Notes: generated from the letters alone by a model not told the origin. 64,000 nt of DNA from Eledone cirrhosa (GCA_964016885.1 OZ024755.1:37386001-37450000); one strand, 5' to 3'; shown: positions 1 to 11,610, numbered from the stretch's first letter. Translations and numbers: made by a program.

Positions 1-2
1 GT

Positions 3-231
3 TTAGTTCCTCAACAAATTAGCAAACCATAGTCGAGGACGCGCGTTCACCTAACAGATTTTCAACCCGAGTAAGAACTTCCGTTCTCCGCACAACCTCA
101 TTCGGGTTGAAAATCTGTTCGATGAAACGCGCGTCCATCAGTATGGTTGGCTAATTTGTTGGGGAACTAACTATATACAGAACTGGAATGAGTGCTCTAC
201 TTACTACAGATATAACCCCTCGGTTTTTCCG
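3..231 (+). mobile_element. PLE-type terminal repeat remnant with fold-back inverted repeat (arms ~3-70 / ~101-171)
   Basis: Arms are reverse complements; right arm carries hammerhead 3' half GAAAC-GCGC-GTC; tail resembles 7850-7925; abuts (TA)n. Confidence 0.6.
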
Positions 232-357
232 ATATATATATATATATATATATATCCAGGGAGTGTAACGCGGAGTTACTGTAGGTTCACCCGGGTGAGC
301 ACTCCATGTTTAGGTTCACGTCAGTAGCGAGGTGTAGAGCTAGACAGAGGGTGATAT

Positions 358-551
358 AATAATTGTTTCTACTTTTGGCACAAGGCCAGCAATTACCCAG
401 TGCATTACTGGTACTTTATTTTATCGACCCCATAACGATGAAAGGCAAAGTTAACCTCGGTCGTATTTGAACTCAGAATGGCAAGGGCCGTAACTCTATG
501 CGTCAAAGCATGGTGTCCGACCCTCTACCGATACTGCCAATCCACCGCCCC
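358..551 (-). mobile_element. tRNA-derived SINE, main family (Deu/Nin-like core)
   Basis: Minus strand reads A-box TGGCAGTATCGG, B-box GAGTTCAAAT, core GCCTTTCATC..GGGTCGATAAAATAAAGTACCAG, (ATT)n tail. Confidence 0.9.
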
Positions 552-555
552 TTAT

Positions 556-749
556 AATAATTGTTTCTACTTTTGGCACAAGGCCAGCAATTACCCCAGT
601 GTCTTACTGGTACTTTATTTTATCGACCCCGTAAGGATGAAAGGCAAAGGTTAACCTCGACGGAGTTTGAACGCAGACAAAAAGGGCCGTAACTCTTTGC
701 TGCAAAGCATGACGTCCGACCCTCTACCGATATTGCCAATCCACCGTCC
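556..749 (-). mobile_element. Main-family SINE, tandem second copy
   Basis: Same consensus; flanked by direct repeat CCCCTTATAATAAT (548-561 and 752-765). Confidence 0.9.
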
Positions 750-802
750 TTCCCCTTATAATAATACAAGGACGAATTGTTTCTCCTTCATTGCGTTTAT
801 TG

Positions 803-892
803 GTTGGTGACGCGCGTTTCGCTACTGATCAGCTCAGGGGTCGATGTGTATCGATCTACCCCGACTCTGGAATCAACAGTTCATCGGACTTT
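803..892 (-). ncRNA. Hammerhead-like motif with CCGAUGA core and long helix II
   Basis: Minus: CCGATGA-ACTGTTGAT...ATCAGTAGC-GAAAC-GCGC-GTC; helix I weak; inside inverted repeat ~775-940; homolog at 42193-42283. Confidence 0.45.
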
Positions 893-945
893 TGACGAAA
901 TGAGCATCACCAACCAATAAACGTAATGAAGGAGTAACCATTGGT

Positions 946-1026
<81 letters not shown>

Positions 1027-1365
1027 GGGGTGTACGTGGATCATTATTCATAATTGTCTCTGTTTTATCTTTATGGAAATTTCCATTAAATTCATTTGTT
1101 TCACCTCGTGTAATTTTTCGGATGTAACTTATGCGACGTAAGGATTATCTGAAAGCTTTCCAGGATGTTGAATATCGTCAATGCACTCTTAAAAATATAT
1201 ATATTTTAGATGGATCTCCCTTTTTCTAAACGTCAACTTTAGTAACTATATATTCGAGTTCGGTTAATCGAGTAACCTGCGTAGCTCGAACATCTTGTAA
1301 ACATGTTAATGAAACGTCAAAAAATTATATGATATAATATTGCTCATCAGTGACTGCTATTTAAT

Positions 1366-1394
1366 ACCCGAGCAACGCCGGGTACCTCTGCTAT
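1366..1394 (+). mobile_element. Helitron 3' terminus remnant
   Basis: CCCGAGCAACGCCGGG hairpin followed by CTGCTA(T), matching the intact ends at 46327 and 56920. Confidence 0.65.
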
Positions 1395-2280
1395 TATGAT
1401 ATAATATTGCTCATGTACAACAAAACATCGGCAAAACGACCATTGCTTGTTTTGCAGACAAAGACACGTTTAGTATAGCTTCTTATTGTTGTTTGCTTTA
1501 TATCTTTATTTTCTTTTTTCTTTTTCCTGCTGCTTCCTCCATGATTCCACCTACCATCCAAAAATAAACGGAAACTGAATAAATATTCCGTCAAATATTA
1601 AGTTACCTACATCTTTTATTTTCCTACTTTTTATTGTTGTATGTGTTGGCTCGCTTGTTTTCCAGAATTCAACTTGACGCCGCTCTTACTATCATCAATA
1701 TCTTATGAAATGAATAAAAACAAACGCTGTTTAAAAATATGACTGCGTGTATAGAATAATTTAGGTGGATAACGAATGAATATAACAAAGAGAAAATAGT
1801 AAATTTAGTTCAAATATTGCTGAATCAATGAAGAAATCGACAAACGAAAAACTGAGACAAAACAATTAAATAATTTTTAAAACTAATTTCATAAATATCG
1901 ACAAAAATGTAAATAAATTAAAATTAAACAATGAAATAAAGTCGGAATGGTTAAGCAAATAGTTGGTATAGGGTTCATTACGTGATGCGAATGAAATTTT
2001 GAAAAATAAATATTCAGTTGTTCCTCTTGAAAGCATAACATTGATTCTTTGTAAATATTCTTGAACAAATCGAATACATCTCTCTCATTGCTCATAAAAT
2101 GATCTGATAACTGCTATAATATTTAACATCATATTCCTCTGGAATTTTCAATGATTTTTAGGATTTTTTTTTTTGTTTTTGTTTGTTTCTTGTCGTTGTT
2201 CTTTTGACTGGAATATAAAGCGGGGTGGAAATTTCAAACGTTTACCTTAAACAGCATGATTATATATTCTGAATTGATAA

Positions 2281-2371
<91 letters not shown>

Positions 2372-2377
2372 AAATAC

Positions 2378-2409
<32 letters not shown>

Positions 2410-2412
2410 TAT

Positions 2413-2490
<78 letters not shown>

Positions 2491-2636
2491 TTGTTATACT
2501 TTGGGAGGGTCATGTTGCCAATAAGAAACACACGCACCAGTTGCTTTCACTTCAATTTATTATAATAAATTTATAATAGATTTATAAATTTCTGGTTGGT
2601 TGGTTGGTTCCACAACCAGATAGTTGTTTATATATT

Positions 2637-2680
2637 GTCATAGTTCTTTCGTCACACACTCTGTGACCTCTTCAGTGACT
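2637..2680 (-). ncRNA. Minimal type I hammerhead ribozyme
   Basis: GTCA-CTGAAGA-GGTCAC agagtgt GTGAC-GAAA-GAAC-TA-TGAC. Confidence 0.8.
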
Positions 2681-2820
2681 GGGGATTCCTTTCTTTGTTT
2701 CTGTGCCTCTCCTTTGTTCTGTCCTACGCCATTTTGTTTCTGTCTGTGTTTTGTGTGCTCAGTCTGCGCATGCGCCACATCCGGGTGTCTGTGTGTGTTT
2801 ATGTTCATTTATTTATTTGT

Positions 2821-3414
2821 TTATTTACATGTTACTGGTTGGTTGTTTGTTCTATGTGTGTGTGTGTATTCATTTTGTCCATAATTATAAGTTGTGATGT
2901 TACTGTTCCACTCATGTTTTCTATTTAATTTTGGTTGTAATTCTTTTATGTTTATTGCCTCTGTAATTTGTCTAAACATTGCGTCTTTTCTGTGTGTAGA
3001 TTCTATTTTTATTTCTATGTTCTCTAATTTACCCTTGTGTTCTATTTTAGCATGTTGGTAGAGTACAGATGATTCTTTACTATCTTGAAGATCTCGCCAG
3101 TGTTCATTTATCCGTTCCCCTACACTACGAGCTGTCTCACCTCTGTACACTATATTTTTGTCTCTACATTGTCCTTCAGTACATCTTATGCTATACACTA
3201 CATTTCTAGTTTTACAGTTAATATGGGGGCTTATTTTACAGGTTATACATTTCTTATCTATACATGAGGGTCTTTGAAAAGGGTATGTCTTGCTAATAAG
3301 TGTTTTTACGGAGGTACCTGGTCTTTCTACTATCTTAATATTGAGTTTATGTTTATTTAGGGCCCTTCTAAATGTGTAAGCTAATTCACCTCTAGGGGTT
3401 GTATCGAGGAACAT
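2821..3414 (-). pseudogene. PLE linker Cys motif plus GIY-YIG endonuclease fragment
   Basis: CxxxxCxxC..C, then VVYSIRC...YRGETARSVGERINEH, SVLYQH...H, RQITEAINI, LNRKHEW. Confidence 0.9.
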
Positions 3415-3416
3415 TA

Positions 3417-3473
<57 letters not shown>

Positions 3474-3532
3474 GTATTATATATATATAGTATTATATAT
3501 ATATATATATATATAGTATTAAATATATATAG

Positions 3533-3590
<58 letters not shown>

Positions 3591-3692
3591 TTATATATAT
3601 ATAGTATTATATATATATAGTATTATATATATATATATATATATACATATACGATATTAAACAAATGGAAACTATATTTATAAAACCATATT

Positions 3693-3758
3693 TATTTCAT
3701 TATACATATTTCGGGGATACCATATTAAAAATATGGCATGCATTCGTCAGATAAAATA
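3693..3758 (-). ncRNA. Minimal hammerhead ribozyme (inverted copy of 3844-3909)
   Basis: TATTTTAT-CTGACGA-helix II-GAAA-TATGTA-TA-ATGAAATA on minus strand. Confidence 0.65.
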
Positions 3759-3843
3759 CAATATATAAACAGTTTTATAAATAATTTTGACGTACCATAA
3801 ATATGAGCGACCATTATCTAGGAAGCTGGTTTGGTATATATAG

Positions 3844-3909
3844 TATTTTATCTGACGAAGGCATGCTATATTTTTAATATGGCATCCCCGAAATATGTAT
3901 AATGAAATA
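3844..3909 (+). ncRNA. Minimal hammerhead ribozyme
   Basis: Helix I TATTTTAT/ATGAAATA; CTGACGA; helix II ATGCTATATT/AATATGGCAT; GAAA; predicted AUA cleavage. Confidence 0.7.
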
Positions 3910-4041
3910 AATATGGTTTTATAAATATAGTTTTCATTTGTTTAATATCGTATATCTACTCCAAAAACTTGTCGAGTTCTTTATATCAGTTATAAAATAT
4001 TTACTTGTTGTAACCCAACAATTTTAAATAAAACTTTTGCA

Positions 4042-4124
<83 letters not shown>

Positions 4125-4137
4125 CTATATATATATA

Positions 4138-4187
<50 letters not shown>

Positions 4188-4220
4188 TATATATATAGTA
4201 TTATATATATATATATATAG

Positions 4221-4276
<56 letters not shown>

Positions 4277-4515
4277 TATATATATATTTCGTTTCTGAAT
4301 TTGTTTAGAAAGATTCTTTATCTGAAATCGTGTGTTGAAACCGATCGATATTGTTATACTTTGGGAGGGTCATGTTGCCAATAAGAAACACACGCACCAG
4401 TTGCTTTCACTTCAATTTATTATATATTTATAAATTTATAAATTTACAAATCTACAAACTTATAAATTTCTGGTTGGTTGGTTGGTTCCACAACCAGATA
4501 GTTGTTTATATATAT

Positions 4516-4560
4516 AGTCATAGTCCTTTCGTCACACACTCTGTGACCTCTTCAGTGACT
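4516..4560 (-). ncRNA. Minimal hammerhead ribozyme
   Basis: AGTCA-CTGAAGA-GGTCAC..GTGAC-GAAA-GGAC-TA-TGACT. Confidence 0.8.
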
Positions 4561-4703
4561 GGGGATTCCTTTCTTCGTTTCTGTGCCTTTCCTTTCTTCT
4601 ATCCTACGCCATTTTGTTTCTGTGTGTGTGTTGTGTGTGCTCAGATACAAAATGGCGTAGGATAGAAGAAAGGAAAGGCACAGAAACGAAGAAAGGAATC
4701 CCC

Positions 4704-4748
4704 AGTCACTGAAGAGGTCACAGAGTGTGTGACTAAAGGACTATGACT
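4704..4748 (+). ncRNA. Hammerhead copy with catalytic G12 lost (GAAA to TAAA), probably inactive
   Basis: Same as 4516-4560 except GTGAC-TAAA. Confidence 0.6.
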
Positions 4749-5239
4749 ATATATATAAACAACTATCTGGTTATGGAACCAACCAACCAACCAGAAATTT
4801 ATAAGTTTGTAGATTTGTAAATTTATAAATTTATAAGTATATAATAAATTGAAGTGAAAGCAACTGGTGCGTGTGTTTCTTATTGGCAACATGACCCTCC
4901 CAAAGTATAACAATACTATATATATATTTATATATATATAATACATATATATATATAATACTATATATATATTTATATATATATAATACATATATATATA
5001 TAATACTATATATATATTTATATATATATAATACATATATATATATAATACATATATATATATAATACATATATATATATAATACTATATATATATAATA
5101 CTATATATATATTTATATATATATATATATATATATAATACTATATATATATTTATATATATATAATACACATATATAATACTATATATATATTTATATA
5201 TATATAATACATATATATATATAATACTATATATATATT

Positions 5240-5290
<51 letters not shown>

Positions 5291-5348
5291 CTATATATAT
5301 ATTTATATATATATAATACATATATATATATAATACTATATATATATT

Positions 5349-5403
<55 letters not shown>

Positions 5404-5704
5404 TTATATATATATATATATATATTGTATTATATATATATATATATATATTTCTAGGGGTACTTAGTACTCGTGGGCATATTAACTTCATTTAATATTC
5501 TCCGTTATGTAGAGAACAAATCTGTTGTTCTATTTGGCTGCTATTTTTAGTGGCTGTGTAGACAACACGTCTATGTTTACTTCCGCTTTTGCTACGGACT
5601 GGTTCAAGTATAGGTCAAATTTGGGCCTAATTCGATCCTGTACTAGCTAGCAGATGGCAATATATTTTGCCGTTCCTGAGACTTTTTGTCCTAGGAAAGG
5701 AAAA

Positions 5705-5787
5705 TGCTCTCTGATGATCTTCACTTTTCCATTGGAGGTCCCATGGATTTCTAATGTTTTGTGGAGTGAAACCGATCGGTAAAAGCA
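5705..5787 (+). ncRNA. Type I hammerhead ribozyme with extended helix II
   Basis: TGCTCT-CTGATGA-tCTTCAC..CATTGGAG..TTCTAATG..GTGGAGt-GAAA-CCGATCGG-TA-AAAGCA; palindromic helix III; lies in 5455-5872 between (TA)n tracts. Confidence 0.75.
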
Positions 5788-5869
5788 CTGGAGTAGGTAA
5801 ATATTTAAATTATATTTTTTAATTTATCTTAAAAAATTGTTTGAATTTTGCTTGTTCTACTTATCTCAA

Positions 5870-5920
<51 letters not shown>

Positions 5921-5922
<2 letters not shown>

Positions 5923-6076
5923 CAGTCGGTGGACTTTCGTCAAATCGGACCGAGGAAACAATGCTTCCATTGGTCTTTCCAATTGCTAATACTATCTATG
6001 GGTCGCAACTCCAGGTAGAAGGAGCAACATGAAATGAAGTGTCTTGTTCAAGGAAATAACGCATACCCGGTCTGGG

Positions 6077-6082
<6 letters not shown>
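5921..6082 (-). mobile_element. Second SINE family (CORE/Meta-like central motif), partial
   Basis: Reverse complement of 33480-33635; CCTTGAACAAGACACTT motif. Confidence 0.7.
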
Positions 6083-6115
<33 letters not shown>

Positions 6116-6240
6116 ATAGGAAACGGAGAATCAGTGGTGCGACGAATAACATTTATTAGACATATTACAATCGTTTTTCTGGCGACCAGCTAGAGTTACC
6201 ATGGTTACTGGATATTTGGAAATTCTGCTTCGTAGAAACG

Positions 6241-6301
6241 AGACGTATCTGAGGAGTTGCGATTTCAGAGTGGTCGCCAAAGAAACGATTGTAATATGTC
6301 T
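6241..6301 (+). ncRNA. Minimal hammerhead ribozyme inside fold-back element 6111-6430
   Basis: AGACGTAT/ATATGTCT helix I; CTGAGGA; TTGCGAT/GTCGCCAA; GAAAC-GATT-GTA. Confidence 0.75.
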
Positions 6302-6655
6302 AATAAATTTTAATTCGTCGCACCACTGATTCTCTGTTTCTTATGTGATATTATACTCTGCTCTGTAAGAGCATCGAATGCTCAAACGGCTTACCGCTTA
6401 CGAACGCTTTAAGCACCCCACACCAATTATATATATATAAGATTAAAGTTTGAGCAAAGAATCGCTGCTTTCACCCGAAATTTAGTTTTCACATTTATTA
6501 TTACTATATATATATATGTGTGTATGCATATATATATACATACATGTGTGTATGCATATTTATATACATACACACATATATATATAGTAATAATAAATGT
6601 GAAAACTAAATTTCGGTTTAATCTTATACATATATATATATTAAAATAACAGATT

Positions 6656-6710
6656 AAAGTTTCAGAAGATCCCGTTAAGGGTGAAAGCAGCGATTCTTTG
6701 CTTAAACTTT
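6656..6710 (+). ncRNA. Hammerhead variant with CAGAAGA core
   Basis: AAAGTTT-CAGAAGA-tCCC gttaa GGGt-GAAA-GCA gcgattctt TGC-TT-AAACTTT; helix I extends to 20 bp (6643-6723). Confidence 0.6.
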
Positions 6711-6814
6711 AATCTGTTATTTTAATAAATATTTGCTCTACGGTTCTATATATTTGATATATATTTATCCTTATCGAGCCCTCTTTGGATTTTAGTCTTC
6801 AAATTTATTATTAT

Positions 6815-6896
<82 letters not shown>

Positions 6897-7261
6897 GGTG
6901 TGGGATGCTTAAAGCGTTCGTAATATATATACAAAATGTTGAAAAGGTAACACACTAGAGAGAGATACAGTGCGCCATCAATAAAACAGGGAAAAACCAC
7001 TAGTGTATGGAATCTATAACCTATGAAAGGCAGAATATAGACACAATAATTAAAAATATAAATTAAAGCGTAAATAAATACCTCTATAACTATATAACAC
7101 ACGTACAAATCCAAAGTGATCTGTTTCGCCAGTAAGTTGTTGACGGAAATGAAATAACCCAGGTTCATCAGCGTGTGATAGGCTATACATTTCAGACAAC
7201 ACTAAGAGAATTTTTAAAGCGGCCGTCCAACTACATGTAAGAGAGATGCAACACACCAGCT

Positions 7262-7639
7262 GTGGTCACTTCCAACCGACGAAACCAACCACAGGAGGTC
7301 AAATCCTATGTGGGCATGGCGGAGGGCCGATTTAAGGAACGTTTCCTGAACCACCAGTCGACCTTTAGGTAGCCGGACAGACGTTCATCCACGAAACTCG
7401 CGAGCCACGTATTGTCCCTCAAGGACTCAAGTATAGACTACTCCATTCAATGGAAAGCCATCACTAAGTCCAAACCATACGCAAGGGGAAATCCGTCGTG
7501 TGGCTTATGTATTGACGAACGAATAACTATTCTAAAGAGATTACGCAATAGTGATTGCCTAAACACGAGAAGTGAATATTTCACACGTCGTCCACACGTC
7601 TCGAAACTCCTATTGCATAACTACAAAGCTCCGGATTGA
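7262..7639 (+). pseudogene. PLE GIY-YIG endonuclease C-terminal fragment (second type)
   Basis: KSYVGMAEGRFKERFLNHQSTFR*...TKLASHVLSLKD..IQW..CGLCIDE..LNTRSE; in-frame stop. Confidence 0.85.
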
Positions 7640-7805
7640 ATTTATTGTAACAACATCATAATATTCTTATCAACTAAAAACTTTTCGGACTTTCGCAGTT
7701 ATCGCACCTCTCGCACGCATTTTAGTATTGCCTGTGTGAAGTGATCGGTTTCTGCGCAAGCGCTTTCGTACGGTTTTCCTTCCTGTTCCGTATAACCATG
7801 CCCAT

Positions 7806-7848
7806 TACGAGCTGAGGATCCGCTAAGCTGAAACAATTGTTCTCGGTA
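7806..7848 (+). ncRNA. Minimal hammerhead 3' of the PLE ORF
   Basis: CGAG-CTGAGGA-tccgctaagct-GAAAC-AATT-GTT-CTCG; helix II partly decayed. Confidence 0.65.
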
Positions 7849-8038
7849 TGGTGAACTAACTGTTGTGTAACCACTTTTACCTAACTCGTCCCATGGACTG
7901 AGTGCTCTACCACTACGGATATTACCTTCCAGTGTTCTACCACTATATATATATATATATATACATATATTATATATATATAATATATATATATATGTAT
8001 ATATATATACATATATATATGGATGGAAGGAGATGGGT

Positions 8039-8109
8039 GATGTGTTGGTGTAATGGTAGCACAGTGGTCTGTATAACCAAAGATGTGGGTTCGACTCCCA
8101 TGTACGTCA
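8039..8109 (+). tRNA. tRNA-like cloverleaf (pseudogene or isolated SINE head)
   Basis: Acceptor GATGTGT/GTACGTC (G-U rich), D loop TAATGGTAG, TGGT-CTGTATA-ACCA, T arm GTGGG-TTCGACT-CCCAT, T5 run ~10 nt downstream. Confidence 0.45.
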
Positions 8110-8243
8110 ATACTCATCTTTTTCCATTTATCTGAGGGTTCTAAACTCCATTATCAGGCTAAAATTTCTTTAGTCAAAAATACGGTGAAAGCTATTCTAT
8201 TTTCTAATTTCAAACCTGCTCACTGTTTAAAAACATACTTACT

Positions 8244-8279
<36 letters not shown>

Positions 8280-8357
8280 ATGTATATATATATTATATAT
8301 ATATATTATATATATTATATATATTATATATATTATATATATATATATTATATATAT

Positions 8358-8391
<34 letters not shown>

Positions 8392-8467
8392 ATATATTAT
8401 ATATATATATTATATATATATGTATATATATATTATTCAAAGTTTAATAACACAAAGGAATTAGTGT

Positions 8468-8588
8468 TTGGCAGTATCGGTAGAGTCGGGCGCCATGCTT
8501 TGCCTTTCATCCTTACAGGGTCGATATCATAAAGTAGTACACTGGTGTAATTGCTGGCATTGTGCCAAAAGCAGAAACAATTATTATT
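8468..8588 (+). mobile_element. Main-family SINE with internal deletion removing the B-box
   Basis: Head joined to core at CTTTGC microhomology. Confidence 0.75.
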
Positions 8589-8599
8589 TACTTATACAT

Positions 8600-9048
8600 C
8601 ACTACCGGCGTTTCAATGCAGCTGGAATATCCCATCCATTTGTGGAGAAATCCTACTAAGATATTATCAGTAAATGTACTCCATTATGGGTTCTTCACCA
8701 CAAAATGTATCACAGAGATATATATTGTTCAAAACTTATGCAAAATTGGAAAGTCCGTAGCCCACCTGAGGAAGAAGCCTATGAAGCTGGGTAGCTGTTG
8801 CAGCTGGTTTCACTGGCCATTCTCCGTGAAATGCCTTCATCGTTGCCTGCGAGTATCAGCTGAATCACCACTCAGATTCTGGTGTAGAGTCTGACACTCC
8901 CTCTCTCCCTTCCCTTCGTTCTTTTTTTATTTTTCCCTTTTATTCTGTTTTATTTAAATAATATTTTGTTTTATTTAAATATTATTTGGTCTAACTTTAC
9001 AATGTAATTTAATAATATTCAATAAATGTTTTTAAAGAAGAAAAAAAA
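8600..9048 (+). mobile_element. Possible decayed LINE (L1/Tx1-like) 3' end
   Basis: Short open frame, T-rich UTR, AATAAA, then A-rich tail; no diagnostic motif. Confidence 0.3.
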
Positions 9049-9129
9049 TCTTTTTAAATCTATTCATATTTTTGAATATTTTAAAAAATGATTTGCAAAC
9101 TGTCGGTACTATCTTTCATTTGAAATATA

Positions 9130-9521
9130 ATAATTATTTCCTTTCATAAGCACAAGGCCAGCAATTATGGTGGAGGTGTGTGGTACTTTATTTCAGCGAC
9201 CCCGTAAGGATGAAAGGCAAAGTTAACCTAGTTGGGATTTGAACTCAGCGCGGTAATTCCATGCTGCAAAGTATGACGTCTGGCCCTATACCGATACTGC
9301 CAATTCCATCGCCCTAATTTGAAATATAATAATTGTTTCTACTTCTGGTACAAGGCCAGCAATTAGTCCAGTGTATTACTGGTACTTTATTTTATCGACC
9401 CTGTAAGGATGAAAGGCAAAGTTAACCTCAACGGGATTTGAACTCAGACCATAAAGGGCCGTAACTCTTTGCTGCAAAGCATGGCGTCTGACCCTCTACC
9501 GATACTGCCAATCCACCGCCC
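9130..9521 (-). mobile_element. Two tandem main-family SINEs (9130-9314, 9327-9521)
   Basis: Consensus match; TTTGAAATATAATAAT repeated before, between and after. Confidence 0.88.
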
Positions 9522-9599
9522 TAATTTGAAATATAATAATGAAAGGGTTAATATTAATTTATACGTAAGTGACGTGCTTTCAAATGCTAATTGCATGTA

Positions 9600-9890
9600 A
9601 TTCCAGCTAGCTCAATTGTCAAGTATCTTGTCAAAAGAAACAGATGGTGATTGTCTTATTTGTTTGATCAATTGAACAACTTGTACATAAAACTAATCTA
9701 CAAGTAGCTCAGCATTCCATAGACACGTGTAACCTCAACGCAATTCTCAGGGTTGTTCAGCGTGACACAGTGTGTAACAAGGCTGGTCAATTGAATTACA
9801 AATGCAACACTACTTTACCAGCTGAGTGGAATTGAGCAATGGAATATAAAGCGACTCCTCAAGTACATAAAACGCCATCAAAAATCGAGC
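9600..9890 (-). mobile_element. Old SINE body (CORE/Meta-like family)
   Basis: Minus TTGCTCAATTCCACTCAGCTGG resembles 61790-61810; related bodies at ~28930-29030 and ~44290-44460. Confidence 0.5.
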
Positions 9891-10359
9891 ATCAACTTTC
9901 ACTGTTCAACGAGCATTTCAATATTTGACACTGTCCTAAAAATAAGATTAACTCCAACGATCAAAACTTAGATTGCAAGTTTAAATTCCTTACAGCACTT
10001 AACATCGTGTTTCAACATTATCTGTTTAATACAAGCGGGTACATACATGCGGGTACATAAATGCGTTTCTTTTGTACAAAATGAACCCGTAAAATAAATA
10101 CTATATATATAGTCTAGCGTAGCGTGCAGTCTAGCGTAGTGGGGTGTGGTGTGTGTGTGGGGGGGGGGGGGGGTAGAGCGTAGCGTACGGTATACGGAAG
10201 GAAAACTATGCAAATGAAATGAGAAGTCATGGCAATCCAGACGATCAAAGGCGAAAATTATTTGACCATATATACAAGAAACTACCCGACTATAAATATT
10301 AGATGGTAGCTAAAACTTACGAGATAAATTAAGAAATCATTTTCTATATTGATAATGAT

Positions 10360-10515
10360 CACAACCACAAGGATATGGTCCGAACGTGGAAGAGCCGAAC
10401 TCCCACTGTCATCGCCTCCATCTCTCTCGCCCTCCTTATCTCTCTGTATGGTGATCAAATGGGGTCCCACGTGCTGGCCTCCCCACAGCCCCGGGGGACA
10501 GAATGGAGAAGGCGT
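10360..10515 (-). mobile_element. CRE-like non-LTR retrotransposon 3' end
   Basis: Homologous to 15738-15965 and 58010-58228. Confidence 0.65.
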
Positions 10516-11610
10516 TTGACCAAGCTGTTCTGTTACAAGTGTGTGACTTTTGCAAAGATGAGAAGTATCTTGATTTCCTTTAGAGGAGTTCACTAAATTC
10601 CCGGTTAGTCTCACACAGATTTCATACAAACATTCCCCTGCAGATATCCACATTGGGCAGCACTCTACTCAGTATGAGAAAGACTTCACTCATCTGCATA
10701 CCAGCCTATAATGGTCAAATGGAACTTGTTAGGTAGAATTTGAACTGTAATTGTGTTCTGTGGAGTGGTGAGAGATATCCGATCGATATATCAGATACGG
10801 TATATTAGATAAGAAACAAGTTCAATATTTGCAGTGAGAGTCAATATCTCATTTAATTGCATGGAAACCAATAGAATTTAATGGAAGAACATAAATAGCA
10901 GCTCTATTAGGTATTTAGTAAAAGCTGTAGATTTAATACTTTCAGCCGTAAAACACGAACATTTGTGAGGATTAAGCTAACATATCTACTACAGGATAAT
11001 AAATAACTTGCAGGACAAAACGATAAGAAGAGTTTAGTAATGCAGGAAAGACGAAAGGGTAGAGAAATATTTCAGAAATTATTAACGTTCGACTGACTGT
11101 TTGCTCTTCGGTAACCACAATCAAAAATATACAACGAAATATGTTGTGTAAGGGGCGGAGAAATAAAAGGTATACTGGATGTTATTAAAGATAAGAATGC
11201 TGACAATAACCCAGATATGAGACAATTAAACATCCATGTAAACACAAGAAATGTCTATAACGAGTAATGGTAATAAGAAATGATAATAAACTAGATGACT
11301 TTTCAGACATTATTTCCATTAAAATATTATATAACATTAGTTCTATATATCTTCAAGATGCTGGAATAGACTTCCCTCGGATTTCTGGTCGTCTAGCTTC
11401 TTTCATACATTGAAATATTATTTGAAGCGTCTAATAGTCTAGGTTTAATTCAAACTAGCTGACCCTGTACAAATTCCACAGTTTTATTTGAAGCGACCAG
11501 AAAGTATTCTCTCTCTTACCAACCCTTTTCCATGTCACCACCACCACCACCGCTTTCTTTCTTTCACGCTTACCCCCCCCCCCCGCTCTCTATCTTTCAT
11601 TGCACACACA

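Larger units (their letters stand above)
2488..3414 (-). mobile_element. 5'-truncated Penelope-like retroelement (GIY-YIG C-terminus plus terminal repeat)
   Basis: GIY-YIG ORF followed by hammerhead-bearing repeat that recurs at 4349-4915; flanked by (TA)n and (TC)n. Confidence 0.85.
3648..4045. mobile_element. PLE-type terminal repeat with inverted duplication (~3648-3770 / ~3832-3954)
   Basis: Reverse-complement arms; tail CTCCAAAAACTTGTCGAGT shared with 24671-24690; (TA)n both sides. Confidence 0.7.
4349..4915. repeat. Long inverted repeat of the PLE terminal repeat (arms 4349-4617 / 4647-4915)
   Basis: ~269 bp near-identical arms, 29 nt spacer; same sequence as 2488-2740. Confidence 0.9.

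Noticed and set aside
2700-2820. SECIS element 3' of the PLE ORF
   Set aside because: No convincing AUGA/GA quartet stem and no in-frame TGA in the visible fragment
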